This document shows, one piece after another, positions 19,095-30,427 of a stretch of 64,000 bases of DNA. The notes beneath the pieces are model-generated. The model saw only the letters and a list, made by a program, of their open reading frames with translations. It was not told where the DNA came from and searched no databases. Positions within the stretch are counted from its first letter, which is position 1. Every line of letters starts with the position of its first letter. A program made the position numbers and the translations under genes. This stretch comes from an uncultured Alphaproteobacteria bacterium. Its GTDB lineage: Bacteria; Pseudomonadota; Alphaproteobacteria; Rhizobiales; Aestuariivirgaceae. The stretch covers positions 215,168 to 279,167 of the forward strand of contig CAVTXF010000002.1 in assembly GCA_963738595.1 (NCBI GenBank), given 5' to 3'.

Positions 19095-19849
19095 GCAGTG
19101 GTTTTGCACTTTATCCAAGCCTGAAGGATACAGTGTGGCTGGTTTCGGGGGGAGCCAGCGGCATCGGTGCAAGTATCGTTGAGGCAGCGCATGGCCAGGG
19201 TGCCAAAGTGGCATTTCTCGATGTCTTGCAGAATGAGGGTGAGGCACTGGCAGCGTCCCTGCCCGGCTCGATATTCTTTCATTGTGATGTCACTGATACT
19301 TCGGCAACGGCACGTGCCGTTGCAACCGTGCGTGAACGGTCGGGGTCCATCGGTGTGCTGGTCAACAACGCCGCGAATGATGATCGACGTGCGCCAGCGG
19401 ACGTGACGCCTGATTATTGGGACAGGTCGATGGATATCAATCTCAAGCACCAGTTTTTCCTGGCACAACAGGTTCATCCCCACATGAAAGAATTGGGCTG
19501 TGGTTCCATCATCAATTTCTCGTCCATTGCCTGGCGCTTTGGCGCTGATGCAATGATCGCATACGCCACCGCAAAGTCCGCCATTACCGGCCTCACGCGC
19601 GCCTTGTCACGCAGCTTCGGTGCCGACAATATCCGCGTGAACACCATTGAACCCGGTGCCGTCATGACCGAAAGGCAAAAGCGCGTGTGGTATACGAAGC
19701 AGGACCAGATTGATGCAATGATTGCGCGCCAACGCATCCAGCGCGTGCTGGAGCCAGAAGAGATTGCCCGTGCCGTGTTGTTTCTCGCGTCTGATGACAG
19801 CCGCATGATCACCGGGCAAACCCTGATTGTGGATGCGGGGATGTCATGA
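19091..19849 (+). CDS. SDR aldose 1-dehydrogenase, similar to Caulobacter-type xylose dehydrogenase XylB
   Basis: YPSLK..V.VSGGASGIG, LVNNAANDDR, YATAKSA, RQKRVWY, FLASDDS. Confidence 0.8.
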   Translation: MSSGFALYPSLKDTVWLVSGGASGIGASIVEAAHGQGAKVAFLDVLQNEGEALAASLPGSIFFHCDVTDTSATARAVATVRERSGSIGVLVNNAANDDRRAPADVTPDYWDRSMDINLKHQFFLAQQVHPHMKELGCGSIINFSSIAWRFGADAMIAYATAKSAITGLTRALSRSFGADNIRVNTIEPGAVMTERQKRVWYTKQDQIDAMIARQRIQRVLEPEEIARAVLFLASDDSRMITGQTLIVDAGMS

Positions 19850-20835
19850 AAATTGATGTTGGACTGAACCCCTATGGCCTGACCTATCATCTTGGGTTGC
19901 AGGGCAAGGGCACGTCCCGTGCCAATCCACAAGGCAAGGGACTTGAGGGGTTCATTGAAATCGCCACTGAGCTGAAGGCAAGAGTGCTGGAGATTTTTGA
20001 CCCGTGGCTGGCTGAGCTGTCAGATGACGCGTTGCGTGATTTGAAAAAGCGGCTCACCGACCTTGGCATGACACCCGTGATCAGCGCCGGCCTCAACATG
20101 ATGGGTCCGATTGAAAGCGCATTTCGTTCGGCCCGCTTGCTTGATGCAAAGGTTATCAGGTTGGGACTTTCACCCGTGCTGGAAGGCAGCCGCAATGCCT
20201 GGGGGGCAAAGTGGTTTGAGTTGCAGCATGCAATACGGGATGGTTTGGCAAAGTATGTTCCTGTGGCAGAGGCTGAAGACCGGATTCTGGCGGTCGAAAA
20301 TCACCAGGATTTTGGCAGTGACGAGCTTGTCGGTTTCTGCCGTGAATTCGGCCCCGCCATGGGCATCACGATGGACACGGGCAATACGTTTCCCGTGGGC
20401 GAGGCACCGATGGATTTCGTCCGTCGCGTTGCAGCCTTCGTGCGACATGTGCATCTCAAGGATTACCGCGTACAATTCACCGATGAAGGCTATCGGCTGA
20501 TCCGCTGCGCCATTGGTGACGGGGCTGTTCCACTGACAGAGATGCTGGCGGAGCTTGCAAAACATCACAGGCAAATGAATGCCGTGCTTGAGCCCGGTGC
20601 GCTGGAAGCGCGGCATATCCGTTTTCTGAGACCTGAGTGGTGGAATGGCTACCGGCCAGCAGTGGCACAGGATTTCGCAGCTACGCTTGCGGCGGCCCGC
20701 GTCCATCGATTGGCGGATGATGCAGACTTCCGCACCCCTTGGGAACGTCATGCAGACGATGAACTGATCGACTATGAATTGGCGATGATCCGCCGCAGTG
20801 CCGCCAACATGCGCACACTTGGCATCATGAATTGA
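19846..20835 (+). CDS. Sugar phosphate isomerase/epimerase-like TIM-barrel protein (IolE/AP-endonuclease-2 fold)
   Basis: Metal-ligand pattern VENHQD, MDTGN, HVHLKDY, VLEPG. Confidence 0.72.
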   Translation: MKIDVGLNPYGLTYHLGLQGKGTSRANPQGKGLEGFIEIATELKARVLEIFDPWLAELSDDALRDLKKRLTDLGMTPVISAGLNMMGPIESAFRSARLLDAKVIRLGLSPVLEGSRNAWGAKWFELQHAIRDGLAKYVPVAEAEDRILAVENHQDFGSDELVGFCREFGPAMGITMDTGNTFPVGEAPMDFVRRVAAFVRHVHLKDYRVQFTDEGYRLIRCAIGDGAVPLTEMLAELAKHHRQMNAVLEPGALEARHIRFLRPEWWNGYRPAVAQDFAATLAAARVHRLADDADFRTPWERHADDELIDYELAMIRRSAANMRTLGIMN

Positions 20836-20844
20836 GAGGATGAC

Positions 20845-21654
20845 ATGACACAGGAACTTGCAGGAAAGATCGCATTCGTCACGGGTTCGGGCCGTGGCCT
20901 CGGCAGTTTCATGGCCAGGCGTCTGGCAGAACTTGGGGCACATGTCGCCGTGCATGACCTGTCAATGACGGAGACTGCCAAATATGGCGAGTCTGCAACT
21001 CTTGATGCGATGGTGAAGGAGATCGAGGCCCATGGCGTCAAGAGTGTTGGTGTCACCGGCAATATTGGCGACCAGGCCGCCGTGGCGCGGATGAAGGAAA
21101 CCATCGAGTCCAAACTGGGGGAGGTGGAAATCCTGGTGAATTGTGCAGGCGGCGACATTGGTGCCACTGGAAACAAGCCCAAGCCCAACAATGCTCTCGA
21201 TATCTCGTTTGAAGATATCAAGGTCCTGACCGACAACAATCTCATTGGGACAATGCTGGTGTGCCAGGCTTTCGTTCCACCGATGGTGAAACGTGGTGCC
21301 GGGAGTGTGATCAACATTGCCTCGGCAGCTGCGCATATGGGCTGCTCGCCAGAAGTCGTCTATTCAACACTGAAAGCCGCTGTCGTTCACTACACACGCT
21401 GCCTCGCCAAGGAACTCTACCACGAGGGTGTGCGCGTCAATGCGGTGAGCCCGGGTCCGGCCAAGACGGCACGCTTCCAGAACACGCGGGTGATTGATCC
21501 GGAGCGGATGAAGTCAGACAAGAAATCGTTTGACCGGTATGCGGAGCCAACGGAAATTGCCGATGCCGTGGCCTTTCTTGCGGGGCCTCGTGCCAAGTTT
21601 ATCAACGGCCAGGTCATTCGTGTGGACGGCGGACTGACGTTGTTCCCCGGCTGA
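20845..21654 (+). CDS. SDR oxidoreductase
   Basis: TGSGRGLG, LVNCAGG, YSTLK (YxxxK), VNAVSPG, INGQVIRVDGG. Confidence 0.9.
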   Translation: MTQELAGKIAFVTGSGRGLGSFMARRLAELGAHVAVHDLSMTETAKYGESATLDAMVKEIEAHGVKSVGVTGNIGDQAAVARMKETIESKLGEVEILVNCAGGDIGATGNKPKPNNALDISFEDIKVLTDNNLIGTMLVCQAFVPPMVKRGAGSVINIASAAAHMGCSPEVVYSTLKAAVVHYTRCLAKELYHEGVRVNAVSPGPAKTARFQNTRVIDPERMKSDKKSFDRYAEPTEIADAVAFLAGPRAKFINGQVIRVDGGLTLFPG

Positions 21655-21664
21655 AACGAAATGC

Positions 21665-22396
21665 TCAGATATCGAGCGCTTCAATATTCTTGAAGGCTGT
21701 CCGCAGTGCCTTGGACCATTCGGTGGAAAGCATCTTGAAATAAGGATCATCCGGGCCGATGCGCTTGGCATGTTCGATCTTCAAGGTTCCTGTTTCATAG
21801 GTCATGAGGTCAATCGGCAGGCCCACGCTGAGGTTCGAACGCAGGGTGGAATCAAATGACACAAGCACCATTTTCGCGGCCTCGCCCAGCTCCATATCAC
21901 TGCGTGCCACGCGGTCGAGGATGGGTTTGCCGTATTTGTGTTCGCCAATCTGGAAAAAGGGCGTGTCCGGCGTGGCTTCGATAAAATTTCCTGCCGCGTA
22001 AATATTGAACAGTCGCGGCTTCTCCTTGCCGATCTGGCCTGCAAAAATGAAACTGGCGGCGAAGGATTCTCCGTTGGCCGTGAGATGGCCTTCATCGGTT
22101 TCCTTGATCGCCCGCACAGCGGTTCCCACGACGTTTGCGGCCTGAAACATGGTTTTCGCACTCTTCAAGGTGTCGCCATGTTCGGGTGGATGCTCGACCT
22201 GCTCAGACAGAAGGCTGGTGACAGCTTGCGTGACAGCGAGGTTGCCTGCGGTGAGCAAGACGAAAACGCGCTCGCCCGGAAATTCCCAGGTGTAAAGTTT
22301 CTTGAATTTGCCCACATTGTCGACACCGGCATTGGTGCGCGTGTCCGCCGCCATGACCAAGCCCTTGTCGAGCAAAATACCTACACAATACGTCAT
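21665..22396 (-). CDS. anbu: Anbu proteasome-type protease (Ntn hydrolase)
   Basis: MTYCVG N-terminus with Thr nucleophile, DTRTNAGVD, QIGEHKYGKPILDR, DSTLRSNLSVGLPID. Confidence 0.93.
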   Translation of the reverse strand: MTYCVGILLDKGLVMAADTRTNAGVDNVGKFKKLYTWEFPGERVFVLLTAGNLAVTQAVTSLLSEQVEHPPEHGDTLKSAKTMFQAANVVGTAVRAIKETDEGHLTANGESFAASFIFAGQIGKEKPRLFNIYAAGNFIEATPDTPFFQIGEHKYGKPILDRVARSDMELGEAAKMVLVSFDSTLRSNLSVGLPIDLMTYETGTLKIEHAKRIGPDDPYFKMLSTEWSKALRTAFKNIEALDI

Positions 22397-22423
22397 TGAT
22401 GTGATTCCAGATTCCCGTTGGGC

Positions 22424-23242
22424 CTATTGTTGCGCAATCTCGGCCCGCACCGCAACAGTCAGTTGTTCTGAACCGAACGCACCGCGCCGCGAACCTTTCA
22501 CGGGTGCCACTGCACTGGCATCGAGCCCGGCAGCAAGGCGCACGTAATGATCGGTTGGACACTGGCCATTGGCGGCGTCAAAGCCAACCCAGCCGAGATC
22601 GGCTATATGCAGTTCCGCCCAGGCATGTGCTGCTGCTGATGATGCGCCAATACCTGTCACCAGATAGCCCGTCACATAACGGGATGGAATGTTGAGCGCG
22701 CGCGCCATGCCGACAATGATGTGGGCATGGTCCTGGCATACGCCGCGCCCCGATGCGAATGCCTGTGCAGCCGTTGTTTCCGCCACCGACGCACCAACCT
22801 CATAAACAATCCTGTCATGTACAAACTGCATCAAGGCGTGTGAACGCTCGAGCAATGTCCCCTTTTTTGACAGGTGCGAGAGAGACTCCTTTATCGCTTC
22901 ATCAGGTTGGGTTGCCGGGGTCTGGCGCAAATAAATGTTGTCGGGCAATGTGCTCGCCATTCCGCTCACAACGCCTGCAGCATCTGTGGTTTCAATTTCA
23001 CCTGCCGCGACGATCTTGTATACCTGGTCTGTCACTTCAGCGGTAACAAGATGCACCCTGTTGCCGAAGCCATCGATGTAGCTCAGCGCTTTTTCCATGC
23101 CAGGAGCCGAAATATTCCAGCTCAAGGTCTTTTGCGCAGAAAATTCATTTGGTGTCAGGTGCAAGCGCTGCACCAGATGGCTTGGGTACACATCGTAACG
23201 ATAAATTGTCTCGTGATGAATCCTGATGCGCATGGGGCTCAC
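22424..23242 (-). CDS. Transglutaminase-family protein of the Anbu module
   Basis: Catalytic triad GVCQDHAH / HAWAE / GFDAAN; GTG start overlaps the alpha-E stop (alternative ATG at 23233). Confidence 0.92.
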   Translation of the reverse strand: MSPMRIRIHHETIYRYDVYPSHLVQRLHLTPNEFSAQKTLSWNISAPGMEKALSYIDGFGNRVHLVTAEVTDQVYKIVAAGEIETTDAAGVVSGMASTLPDNIYLRQTPATQPDEAIKESLSHLSKKGTLLERSHALMQFVHDRIVYEVGASVAETTAAQAFASGRGVCQDHAHIIVGMARALNIPSRYVTGYLVTGIGASSAAAHAWAELHIADLGWVGFDAANGQCPTDHYVRLAAGLDASAVAPVKGSRRGAFGSEQLTVAVRAEIAQQ

Positions 23243-24186
23243 GGGAAATGATAGGTTTGTGCAATGCTGGACGACAGCGCGCGATTATTGTCGACAAAGG
23301 CTGTGATATATTCATGCAAGCCCGACTGGAAAATCTCTTCCATCTTTCCGCCCCGCAACCTGCTCAATGCCAGGGCTGCCATGTCGTGGCAGGCATAACG
23401 TTGGCCGTGCAGATGCCCCAAGCCATCCAGTGCGGTGTTGATCCACTGATAGCTGAAAACCAGCGAGCGCGGCATTTCCTCACGCAAAATGAGAAATTCG
23501 GCGACCAGCCATGGGCGGTAATGACTATCGCGATAAAACCAGCGATAGGCCCGGTGGGCCGAGACACTGCGCAGAATTTGCGCCCACTGCTGCATGTCGA
23601 CATCCGAACCAACATCTGACGGCTTCGGCAAAAGGATATAATATTTTACATCCAGTATGCGGGCTGTGTTGTCAGCGCGCTCGGTGAAATTACCAAGCTG
23701 GCTGAAGTAATAATTCTCGTTGCGCAGCATGGTGCCAAGCACGGCACCGCGAAATGCCATGGACCTCTGCTTTACCCATTCGAGAAACTCCGGCAGGCGG
23801 TCGGCGCCGAGATCCGTGTGCTTCACCGCGACCAACTCATTCCATGTGGCATTGATGCTTTCCCACACATCGCGGGTGATGGCCGTGCGCACCGCGCGGC
23901 AGTTGTTGCGCGCCGTGCGTATGGCAGACTTGATGCTGGATGGATTGCTCTCATCGAAGACAAGAAAATCGACGACATATTCAGCGCTGATGTCAGCGTA
24001 CTTGTCGTCATAACCCTGCTCACAGGCTGCACTCATCAAAGTTGACCGCCATTCGTCGCGGTGGCCTTCAATGGCGCCAGGCATGAGCGAAATGCGGTGG
24101 CCGACTTCGAGAAGCCGCGCCATGTTCTCAGCGCGCTCCATGTAGCGCGACATCCAGAACAGTGAAGAAGCGGTGCGGCCGAGCAT
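23239..24186 (-). CDS. Alpha-E domain protein
   Basis: [26 protein letters not shown] motifs (ERADNTARILDVKY), PRSL. Confidence 0.93.
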   Translation of the reverse strand: MLGRTASSLFWMSRYMERAENMARLLEVGHRISLMPGAIEGHRDEWRSTLMSAACEQGYDDKYADISAEYVVDFLVFDESNPSSIKSAIRTARNNCRAVRTAITRDVWESINATWNELVAVKHTDLGADRLPEFLEWVKQRSMAFRGAVLGTMLRNENYYFSQLGNFTERADNTARILDVKYYILLPKPSDVGSDVDMQQWAQILRSVSAHRAYRWFYRDSHYRPWLVAEFLILREEMPRSLVFSYQWINTALDGLGHLHGQRYACHDMAALALSRLRGGKMEEIFQSGLHEYITAFVDNNRALSSSIAQTYHFP

Positions 24187-25601
24187 CAGTCCTCCAAAAC
24201 CCAGGTGTCTTTCGTGCCGCCGCCTTGGCTGGAATTGACCACGAGCGAATCCTTTTTCAATGCCACACGGGTCAATCCACCGGGCGTAATGCGCACCTGG
24301 TCGCCAGACAAGACAAAGGGGCGCAAATCAACATGGCGCGGTGCCAGGCCGGAATTCGTGTAGGTCGGAACGGCTGAAAGTGCCAATGTGGGCTGCGCGA
24401 TATAATTCGCCGGGTTCGATTTGAGCTTTGCACGAAACGCCTCGATCTCCTTCTTTGAAGATGTTGGCCCGACCAGCATGCCATAGCCACCGGAGCCATG
24501 AACTTCCTTGACCACCAGTTCGCTCAAATGTTCGAGCACATAGGCCAGAGCCTTTGACTCACTGCAGCGCCATGTGGGCACATTCTTCAGCAGGGGTTTT
24601 TCGCCCGTATAGAATTCGATGACATCAGGCAGGTAAGTGTAGATCGACTTGTCATCGGCAATGCCGGTACCTGGAGCATTGACGATGGTCACACGGCCCG
24701 CGCGATACAGATCAATCAGTCCCGGAATGCCAATTGTGGAATCGGGGCGGAAGGACAGAGGATCAAGGTAGGCATCGTCAATACGGCGGTAGACGACATC
24801 AACGCGCCGTGGTGCTTGCGTCGTGCGCATATAGAGGTAGCCATCTGACACAAAAAGATCCCCGCCTTCACACAGTTCAACGCCCATTTCATCGGCGAGA
24901 AAGGCGTGTTCGAAAAAGGCCGAATTGAAGATTCCCGGCGTCAGTACAACAATTGTCGGCTCACCTTCACAGGCTGGTGGAGCAACACTCTCCAGTGTCT
25001 TGCGCAACATGGCGGGATAACCATCGACCGGTGCCACGCGCTGCTGCGCAAACAGGTCAGGGAACAGCCGCATCATCGCCTCGCGGCCTTCCAGCATATA
25101 AGAAACGCCAGATGGCGTGCGACAATTGTCTTCCAGAACATAAAACTCGTTCTCCGACACGCGCACCAGGTCAACGCCAGTGATATGTGCATAGACCCCG
25201 CGCGCCGGATTTACACCCATCATATCGGGAACGAAAGCCGCGTTCTGCACGATGACCTCTGCCGGGATCCGTCCGGCGCGGATGATTTCCTGGCGGTGAT
25301 ATATATCATGTAGAAAAGCGTTGAGCGCGCGTACCCGCTGTTCGAGGCCGGCGGACAGCTTGCGCCACTCGCGACCTGAAAAAACCCGCGGAATGATATC
25401 GAATGGGATGAGACGTTCAGCTGCCTCGCCATCGCCATAGACAGCGAACGTGATGCCCTGGCGGCGGAAAAGTTTCTCTGCCTCGCGCTTGGCACGATCA
25501 ACATCCTTCCGCGAAATTGTCTTTAGCCATGCAGCCACATGCGCGTAGGGTCGCCGTGCGGTGTCCTTGCTTTCTCCCAATTCGTTGAAGCTCTTGCTCA
25601 A
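24186..25601 (-). CDS. Circularly permuted ATP-grasp (type 2) peptide ligase
   Basis: [78 protein letters not shown]; TTG start overlaps the ureG stop. Confidence 0.93.
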   Translation of the reverse strand: MSKSFNELGESKDTARRPYAHVAAWLKTISRKDVDRAKREAEKLFRRQGITFAVYGDGEAAERLIPFDIIPRVFSGREWRKLSAGLEQRVRALNAFLHDIYHRQEIIRAGRIPAEVIVQNAAFVPDMMGVNPARGVYAHITGVDLVRVSENEFYVLEDNCRTPSGVSYMLEGREAMMRLFPDLFAQQRVAPVDGYPAMLRKTLESVAPPACEGEPTIVVLTPGIFNSAFFEHAFLADEMGVELCEGGDLFVSDGYLYMRTTQAPRRVDVVYRRIDDAYLDPLSFRPDSTIGIPGLIDLYRAGRVTIVNAPGTGIADDKSIYTYLPDVIEFYTGEKPLLKNVPTWRCSESKALAYVLEHLSELVVKEVHGSGGYGMLVGPTSSKKEIEAFRAKLKSNPANYIAQPTLALSAVPTYTNSGLAPRHVDLRPFVLSGDQVRITPGGLTRVALKKDSLVVNSSQGGGTKDTWVLED

Positions 25602-26212
25602 GGGTTCAGCCCGCCCGTCTTTTCCAGAAAGGCCACGATGTCACTCACGCCACGCAAGCGCAAGAGATCGGTGAAAACATATGGTCTGGTACCGCGCGCC
25701 TTTCTGGTATCGCTCTCCATCACCGACAAATCCGCCATCACGTGGGGTGCCAGGTCGGTCTTGTTGATGATCAGCAGATCAGAGCGGGTGATGGCCGGAC
25801 CACCTTTGCGCGGGATTTTTTCGCCCTGGCACACGGAGATGACATAGAGAGTGATATCAGCCAGTTCGGGTGAGAAAGTTGCCGCGAGATTGTCGCCGCC
25901 GGATTCTATGAAGATGACGTCGAGACCTGTATGGCGCTTCACCATTTCATCGATGGCGGCGAGATTGATTGATGCGTCCTCACGGATTGCTGTGTGCGGG
26001 CAGCCGCCGGTTTCAACGCCCATGATACGGTCTTCCGGCAATGCCTGGAGCCGGTTCAGGATCAATGCGTCTTCCTTTGTGTAAATGTCATTGGTGATTG
26101 CCGCGACGGAATATTTGTCGCGCATGGCCTTGCAAAGTTTTTCGGTGAGGGTGGTCTTGCCTGAGCCGACAGGACCGCCAATGCCGACGCGAAGCGGGCC
26201 GTGCTTGCTCAT
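25598..26212 (-). CDS. ureG: Urease accessory GTPase
   Basis: [35 protein letters not shown]. Confidence 0.97.
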   Translation of the reverse strand: MSKHGPLRVGIGGPVGSGKTTLTEKLCKAMRDKYSVAAITNDIYTKEDALILNRLQALPEDRIMGVETGGCPHTAIREDASINLAAIDEMVKRHTGLDVIFIESGGDNLAATFSPELADITLYVISVCQGEKIPRKGGPAITRSDLLIINKTDLAPHVMADLSVMESDTRKARGTRPYVFTDLLRLRGVSDIVAFLEKTGGLNP

Positions 26213-26853
26213 GTGCGAAAGATCCTTGGTTCAAGGGTTTCGTGTTGCATGGCTGCGATGTCTGCGGCCACACAATTGGTACCGATGTCTTCCCGTGTTG
26301 CTGCAGCGGCGCGATTTGCAATTGTTGCAATCAGCGGAGAGAGGTTGCGCAAAATTCTGAGGCCCGCTGTTTGGCCGATTGGCACCAGGCGCACGGCGAC
26401 CGAAACCTGTGCCGCGCAGAAACCTTGCAGGAAGGCGAGCAAAGCCTGTGACTGTGATATTCCCATGGCCTTGCAGGAGCAGCCTGCTGCGACCGGATAG
26501 GCCATCACGCTGCCTTGCTGTTCATCTCCAGTCCATACCGCTGCGGCGAGGTTGAAGTTGCGGCCCAGTTGGATGGTTTCGGAATATCGTTCAGCAGAAC
26601 CTGCAAGAGCCAGCGCCTGTTCGTTGATTTCCTCTGGAGAGCCAAGCCAACATTGTGCAAAAAGTACAGCGTCGTTCCAGGCTGTACCTGCTTGCAGGAG
26701 ATCGGCGATCCAGCGTGCGACATCGTCTGGTGCCGTGATGCGGCCATCAGCGATGGCTTGTTCCAGACCGTGGCTGTAGGCGAAGGAACCTATCGGGAAT
26801 GTCGGGGACATCCAATTGAGGAGGAGCAGGAATGAGGTCTGGTCAGTGGCCAT
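26209..26853 (-). CDS. ureF: Urease accessory protein
   Basis: [36 protein letters not shown]. Confidence 0.95.
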   Translation of the reverse strand: MATDQTSFLLLLNWMSPTFPIGSFAYSHGLEQAIADGRITAPDDVARWIADLLQAGTAWNDAVLFAQCWLGSPEEINEQALALAGSAERYSETIQLGRNFNLAAAVWTGDEQQGSVMAYPVAAGCSCKAMGISQSQALLAFLQGFCAAQVSVAVRLVPIGQTAGLRILRNLSPLIATIANRAAAATREDIGTNCVAADIAAMQHETLEPRIFRT

Positions 26854-27283
26854 GGCTGTAGGCGCCGTGTTCGGGAAAGAAGACTTCGCTCACCGTTGTA
26901 AGTGTTGCGCCCAACTGCTCGAGCATTTGTGCGATCACATGGTCGCGGCGGATGAGAATGCGCGTTTCTTCAATCTGCGCTTCCAGATGGCGATTGCCGA
27001 TATGCCAGGCGAGTTGTGCGAGGTGCGTGGCATCACGTGCCGTCACCTGCAGCAATTCTTCATCGGACGCGATGATCTGCACCAATCTTCCGTCTTCAAG
27101 TATCAGACTGTCACGATCAGAAAAATAGACGGGTTTCTCCAAATCAACCAATACTTCATCGCCGCTTTTCAGTGTGATGAGCTTGCGCCGGAGGTGGCGC
27201 GCGGCAGAATCCATCACAACAATAGCCCATGGCGTTTCCGTGAGATACCGGGCGCGAACAAATGATGTGGCACGCAGGGTCAT
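26843..27283 (-). CDS. ureE: Urease nickel chaperone
   Basis: [26 protein letters not shown]; ATG overlaps the ureC stop (TGATG). Confidence 0.94.
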   Translation of the reverse strand: MTLRATSFVRARYLTETPWAIVVMDSAARHLRRKLITLKSGDEVLVDLEKPVYFSDRDSLILEDGRLVQIIASDEELLQVTARDATHLAQLAWHIGNRHLEAQIEETRILIRRDHVIAQMLEQLGATLTTVSEVFFPEHGAYSHGH

Positions 27284-28986
27284 CAAAACAGAAAGTATCG
27301 CTGCGCCATCGGCAGGCTGGTGGCGGGTTCGCAGACGAGCAGTTCGCCATCAGCGCGGACTTCGTAGGTTTCGGGATCGACTTCGATATTGAGAAGGGCG
27401 TGGTTGTGGACCATGTCTTTCTTGCCGATGCCGCCCCGTGTGTTTTTCACGGCGACCATTTTCTTGGCGGTGCCCAAGCGGTTTTGCAGTCCTGACGCAA
27501 GAGCGGCTTGCGATACAAAAGTAACCGACGAATTGGTGCGCAGTTTGCCGAAGCTGGCGAACATCGGCCGGTAGTGCACGGGTTGTGGCGTAGGGATCGA
27601 TGCGTTGGGGTCACCCATCGGGGCAGCTGCAATTGAGCCGCCGAGCAAGACCATTTCCGGCTTCACACCAAAGAAGGCGGGATTCCAGATGACAATGTCA
27701 GCGCGTTTTCCAATTTCGATGGCGCCGACTTCGTGGGACAGGCCATGGGCGATGGCCGGGTTGATGGTGTATTTGGCGATGTAGCGTTTGGCGCGGGAGT
27801 TGTCGTTTCCGTTATCGCCTGCAAGGCTGCCGCGTTGTTGCTTCATCTTGTGGGCGGTCTGCCAGCATCGGATTATGACTTCACCAACGCGGCCCATGGC
27901 TTGTGAATCAGAAGAGATCATCGAGAAGGCACCAAGATCATGCAAGATGTCTTCTGCGGCAATGGTTTCCTTGCGGATGCGGCTTTCGGCAAAGGCGATG
28001 TCTTCGGGTATTTGGGGGCTGAGGTGGTGGCAGACCATGAGCATGTCAAGATGCTCGGCAACCGTGTTAATGGTGAAAGGGCGCGTAGGGTTTGTTGATG
28101 ACGGCAAGACATTGGGCAGAGATGCCACCTTGATGATGTCGGGGGCGTGGCCGCCGCCTGCGCCTTCTGTGTGAAAGGTATGAATGGTGCGGCCCTTGAA
28201 GGCGGCGATAGTGGCTTCGACGAAGCCAGATTCGTTCAATGTGTCAGTGTGGATCGCCACTTGCACATCCATGGCATCGGCCACGGAGAGACAGCAATCA
28301 ATGGCTGCCGGTGTGGTGCCCCAATCCTCATGCAGTTTCAATCCACATGCGCCGGCCAGCACCATTTCTTCCAAAGCTGCGGGACGCGAGGCGTTGCCCT
28401 TGCCCATCAATCCGAGATTCATCGGGAAAGCGTCTGCGGCTTCGATCATGCGCTCAATATGCCAGGCACCGGTGCATGTGGTGGCGAGAGTGCCGTGGGC
28501 AGGGCCGGTGCCACCACCCAGCATGGTGGTGATGCCGGAGTAAAGTGCTTCTTCAATTTGCTGCGGTGCGATGAAATGGATGTGGCTGTCGATGCCACCT
28601 GCGGTGATGATCTTGCCTTCGCCCGCAATAATCTCCGTGGACGGACCAATGATGATGGTCACGGCGTTTTGCGTGTCCGGATTGCCGGCCTTGCCGATGG
28701 CGGCGATGCGGCCATCCTTCAGGCCGATGTCGGCCTTGTAAATGCCGGAGTGATCGAGGATCAATGCGTTGGTGATGACAGTATCCATCGCACCTTCGAC
28801 GCGCGTGGCTTGTGATTGCCCCATGCCATCGCGGATCACCTTGCCGCCACCGAATTTCACTTCCTCGCCATAGTGTGTGAAATCGTTTTCAACTTCAATG
28901 ATGAGATCGGTATCCGCCAATCGCACCTTGTCACCGACCGTCGGGCCGTACATCTGGGCGTAGGTTGAGCGGGAGATTTTGGCCAT
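27283..28986 (-). CDS. ureC: Urease alpha subunit
   Basis: [52 protein letters not shown]. Confidence 0.98.
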   Translation of the reverse strand: MAKISRSTYAQMYGPTVGDKVRLADTDLIIEVENDFTHYGEEVKFGGGKVIRDGMGQSQATRVEGAMDTVITNALILDHSGIYKADIGLKDGRIAAIGKAGNPDTQNAVTIIIGPSTEIIAGEGKIITAGGIDSHIHFIAPQQIEEALYSGITTMLGGGTGPAHGTLATTCTGAWHIERMIEAADAFPMNLGLMGKGNASRPAALEEMVLAGACGLKLHEDWGTTPAAIDCCLSVADAMDVQVAIHTDTLNESGFVEATIAAFKGRTIHTFHTEGAGGGHAPDIIKVASLPNVLPSSTNPTRPFTINTVAEHLDMLMVCHHLSPQIPEDIAFAESRIRKETIAAEDILHDLGAFSMISSDSQAMGRVGEVIIRCWQTAHKMKQQRGSLAGDNGNDNSRAKRYIAKYTINPAIAHGLSHEVGAIEIGKRADIVIWNPAFFGVKPEMVLLGGSIAAAPMGDPNASIPTPQPVHYRPMFASFGKLRTNSSVTFVSQAALASGLQNRLGTAKKMVAVKNTRGGIGKKDMVHNHALLNIEVDPETYEVRADGELLVCEPATSLPMAQRYFLF

Positions 28987-29291
28987 CAGAGTTCTCCCAT
29001 GATCTTTTGCTGGAAGCCGAATACCCGGCGTGCGCCGCCGAGCGGCACGAGCGTAACTTCACGACGCTGACCGGGTTCAAAGCGCACGGCTGTGCCTGCT
29101 GCGATGTCGAGGCGCATTCCCCGTGCCTTGGCCCGATCAAAACGCAGCGATTCATTGGTTTCGAAGAAGTGATAATGCGATCCCACCTGAATGGGCCTGT
29201 CACCCGTATTGGCAACCTCCAATGCCTCGCGTTCGACGCCGACATTCAATTCAATGTCGCCAGACTTCGCAATGATTTCACCTGGGATCAT
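28986..29291 (-). CDS. ureB: Urease beta subunit
   Basis: [35 protein letters not shown]; ATG at 29291. Confidence 0.96.
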   Translation of the reverse strand: MIPGEIIAKSGDIELNVGVEREALEVANTGDRPIQVGSHYHFFETNESLRFDRAKARGMRLDIAAGTAVRFEPGQRREVTLVPLGGARRVFGFQQKIMGEL

Positions 29292-29299
29292 GTTTGGCC

Positions 29300-29602
29300 T
29301 CAACGGATGGGATGATGAACGGTGACAAGTTTAGTGCCGTCGGGAAATGTGGCCTCCACCTGCACGTCATGGATCATGTCGGGAACACCATCCATACAAT
29401 CGGATTTCGTCACCACGTGGGCGGCTGCTTCCATCAGGTCGGCCACGCTGCGGCCATCACGTGCCCCTTCCACGACATAATCGGTGATCAGTGCAATGGC
29501 TTCCGGGTGATTGAGCTTTACGCCACGCTCCTTGCGGGCACGGGCGACGATGGCCGCCATGGCGACCAGCAACTTGTCTTTCTCTCTTGGCGTAAGATGC
29601 AT
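29300..29602 (-). CDS. ureA: Urease gamma subunit
   Basis: [32 protein letters not shown]. Confidence 0.97.
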   Translation of the reverse strand: MHLTPREKDKLLVAMAAIVARARKERGVKLNHPEAIALITDYVVEGARDGRSVADLMEAAAHVVTKSDCMDGVPDMIHDVQVEATFPDGTKLVTVHHPIR

Positions 29603-29611
29603 AAATTTTCC

Positions 29612-30397
29612 TCAGCGTGCCCAAGATGTTGGCAGTTTTTCGCCGTCCAAACATGTCGAAAGCGCCTGAATCAGGGTCTTTCGCAAGTGAAAGCCATCTC
29701 TTGCCAATAGCCTAGCAACTAGCTTGCCATTCCAGGCTGAGGCGCCGCCGTGGGGACCAAGAACATCGCGCAACCGCTGTAGACGTGATTCCGCCCGTGG
29801 CGAAACAAACAGGACTGCGGCTGCAGCGTGATTGCCCGAGAAGGTTGCTGCGGATTGCGGCCAGTCTGGCCCAATGGTGAAGGCTTCGGCATGGATGAGC
29901 TTGCCGGCCTGAGAGATTTTCCAACGATCCTTCACTGACACATGCTTCACATGCTCGCCCATTTCGCGGCGGCCAAACACCATCGGCTCGACGGCAAGAA
30001 AGGTTGCGCCTTCGGCGAGATCAACATCCAATGAACGGGCGAGTGCGCTGCCTTCGAAAAAAATGCTTTCCTGCGGCATCCACAACAATGTTGCGCCTTT
30101 TGCGGCGGACAAGGTCACGCGCACGTCTGCCGCCGGACCGAGCGTGCGATATATACGTTCTGCCGCTTGCGATGTCAGCGTCAGGGTAGCTCGTTCGCCT
30201 ACTTCGGCCTTGATGTTCACCGTGTCGCCACCAGCAAGCCCACCAGCCGTATTGATCAGTATTGCTTCGTGTGAGCCGCGGGGCATGCGGCACTTCGATG
30301 AGCCCGCTTCGCGCATAACGGCCAGGCCGTCGCGCTCCATGCGGATGTGCACATGTCCAGTGCTGCGCTGTTCAAGAAGACGGGCTGTCGCGTTCAT
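29612..30397 (-). CDS. ureD: Urease accessory protein
   Basis: LINTAGGLAGGD, LTSQAAERIYR, LLWMPQESIFF, GASAWNGKLVARLLA, LPTSW. Confidence 0.93.
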   Translation of the reverse strand: MNATARLLEQRSTGHVHIRMERDGLAVMREAGSSKCRMPRGSHEAILINTAGGLAGGDTVNIKAEVGERATLTLTSQAAERIYRTLGPAADVRVTLSAAKGATLLWMPQESIFFEGSALARSLDVDLAEGATFLAVEPMVFGRREMGEHVKHVSVKDRWKISQAGKLIHAEAFTIGPDWPQSAATFSGNHAAAAVLFVSPRAESRLQRLRDVLGPHGGASAWNGKLVARLLARDGFHLRKTLIQALSTCLDGEKLPTSWAR

Positions 30398-30427
30398 AGG
30401 ATCAGACTAGAGGGATGCGGGCGGATG

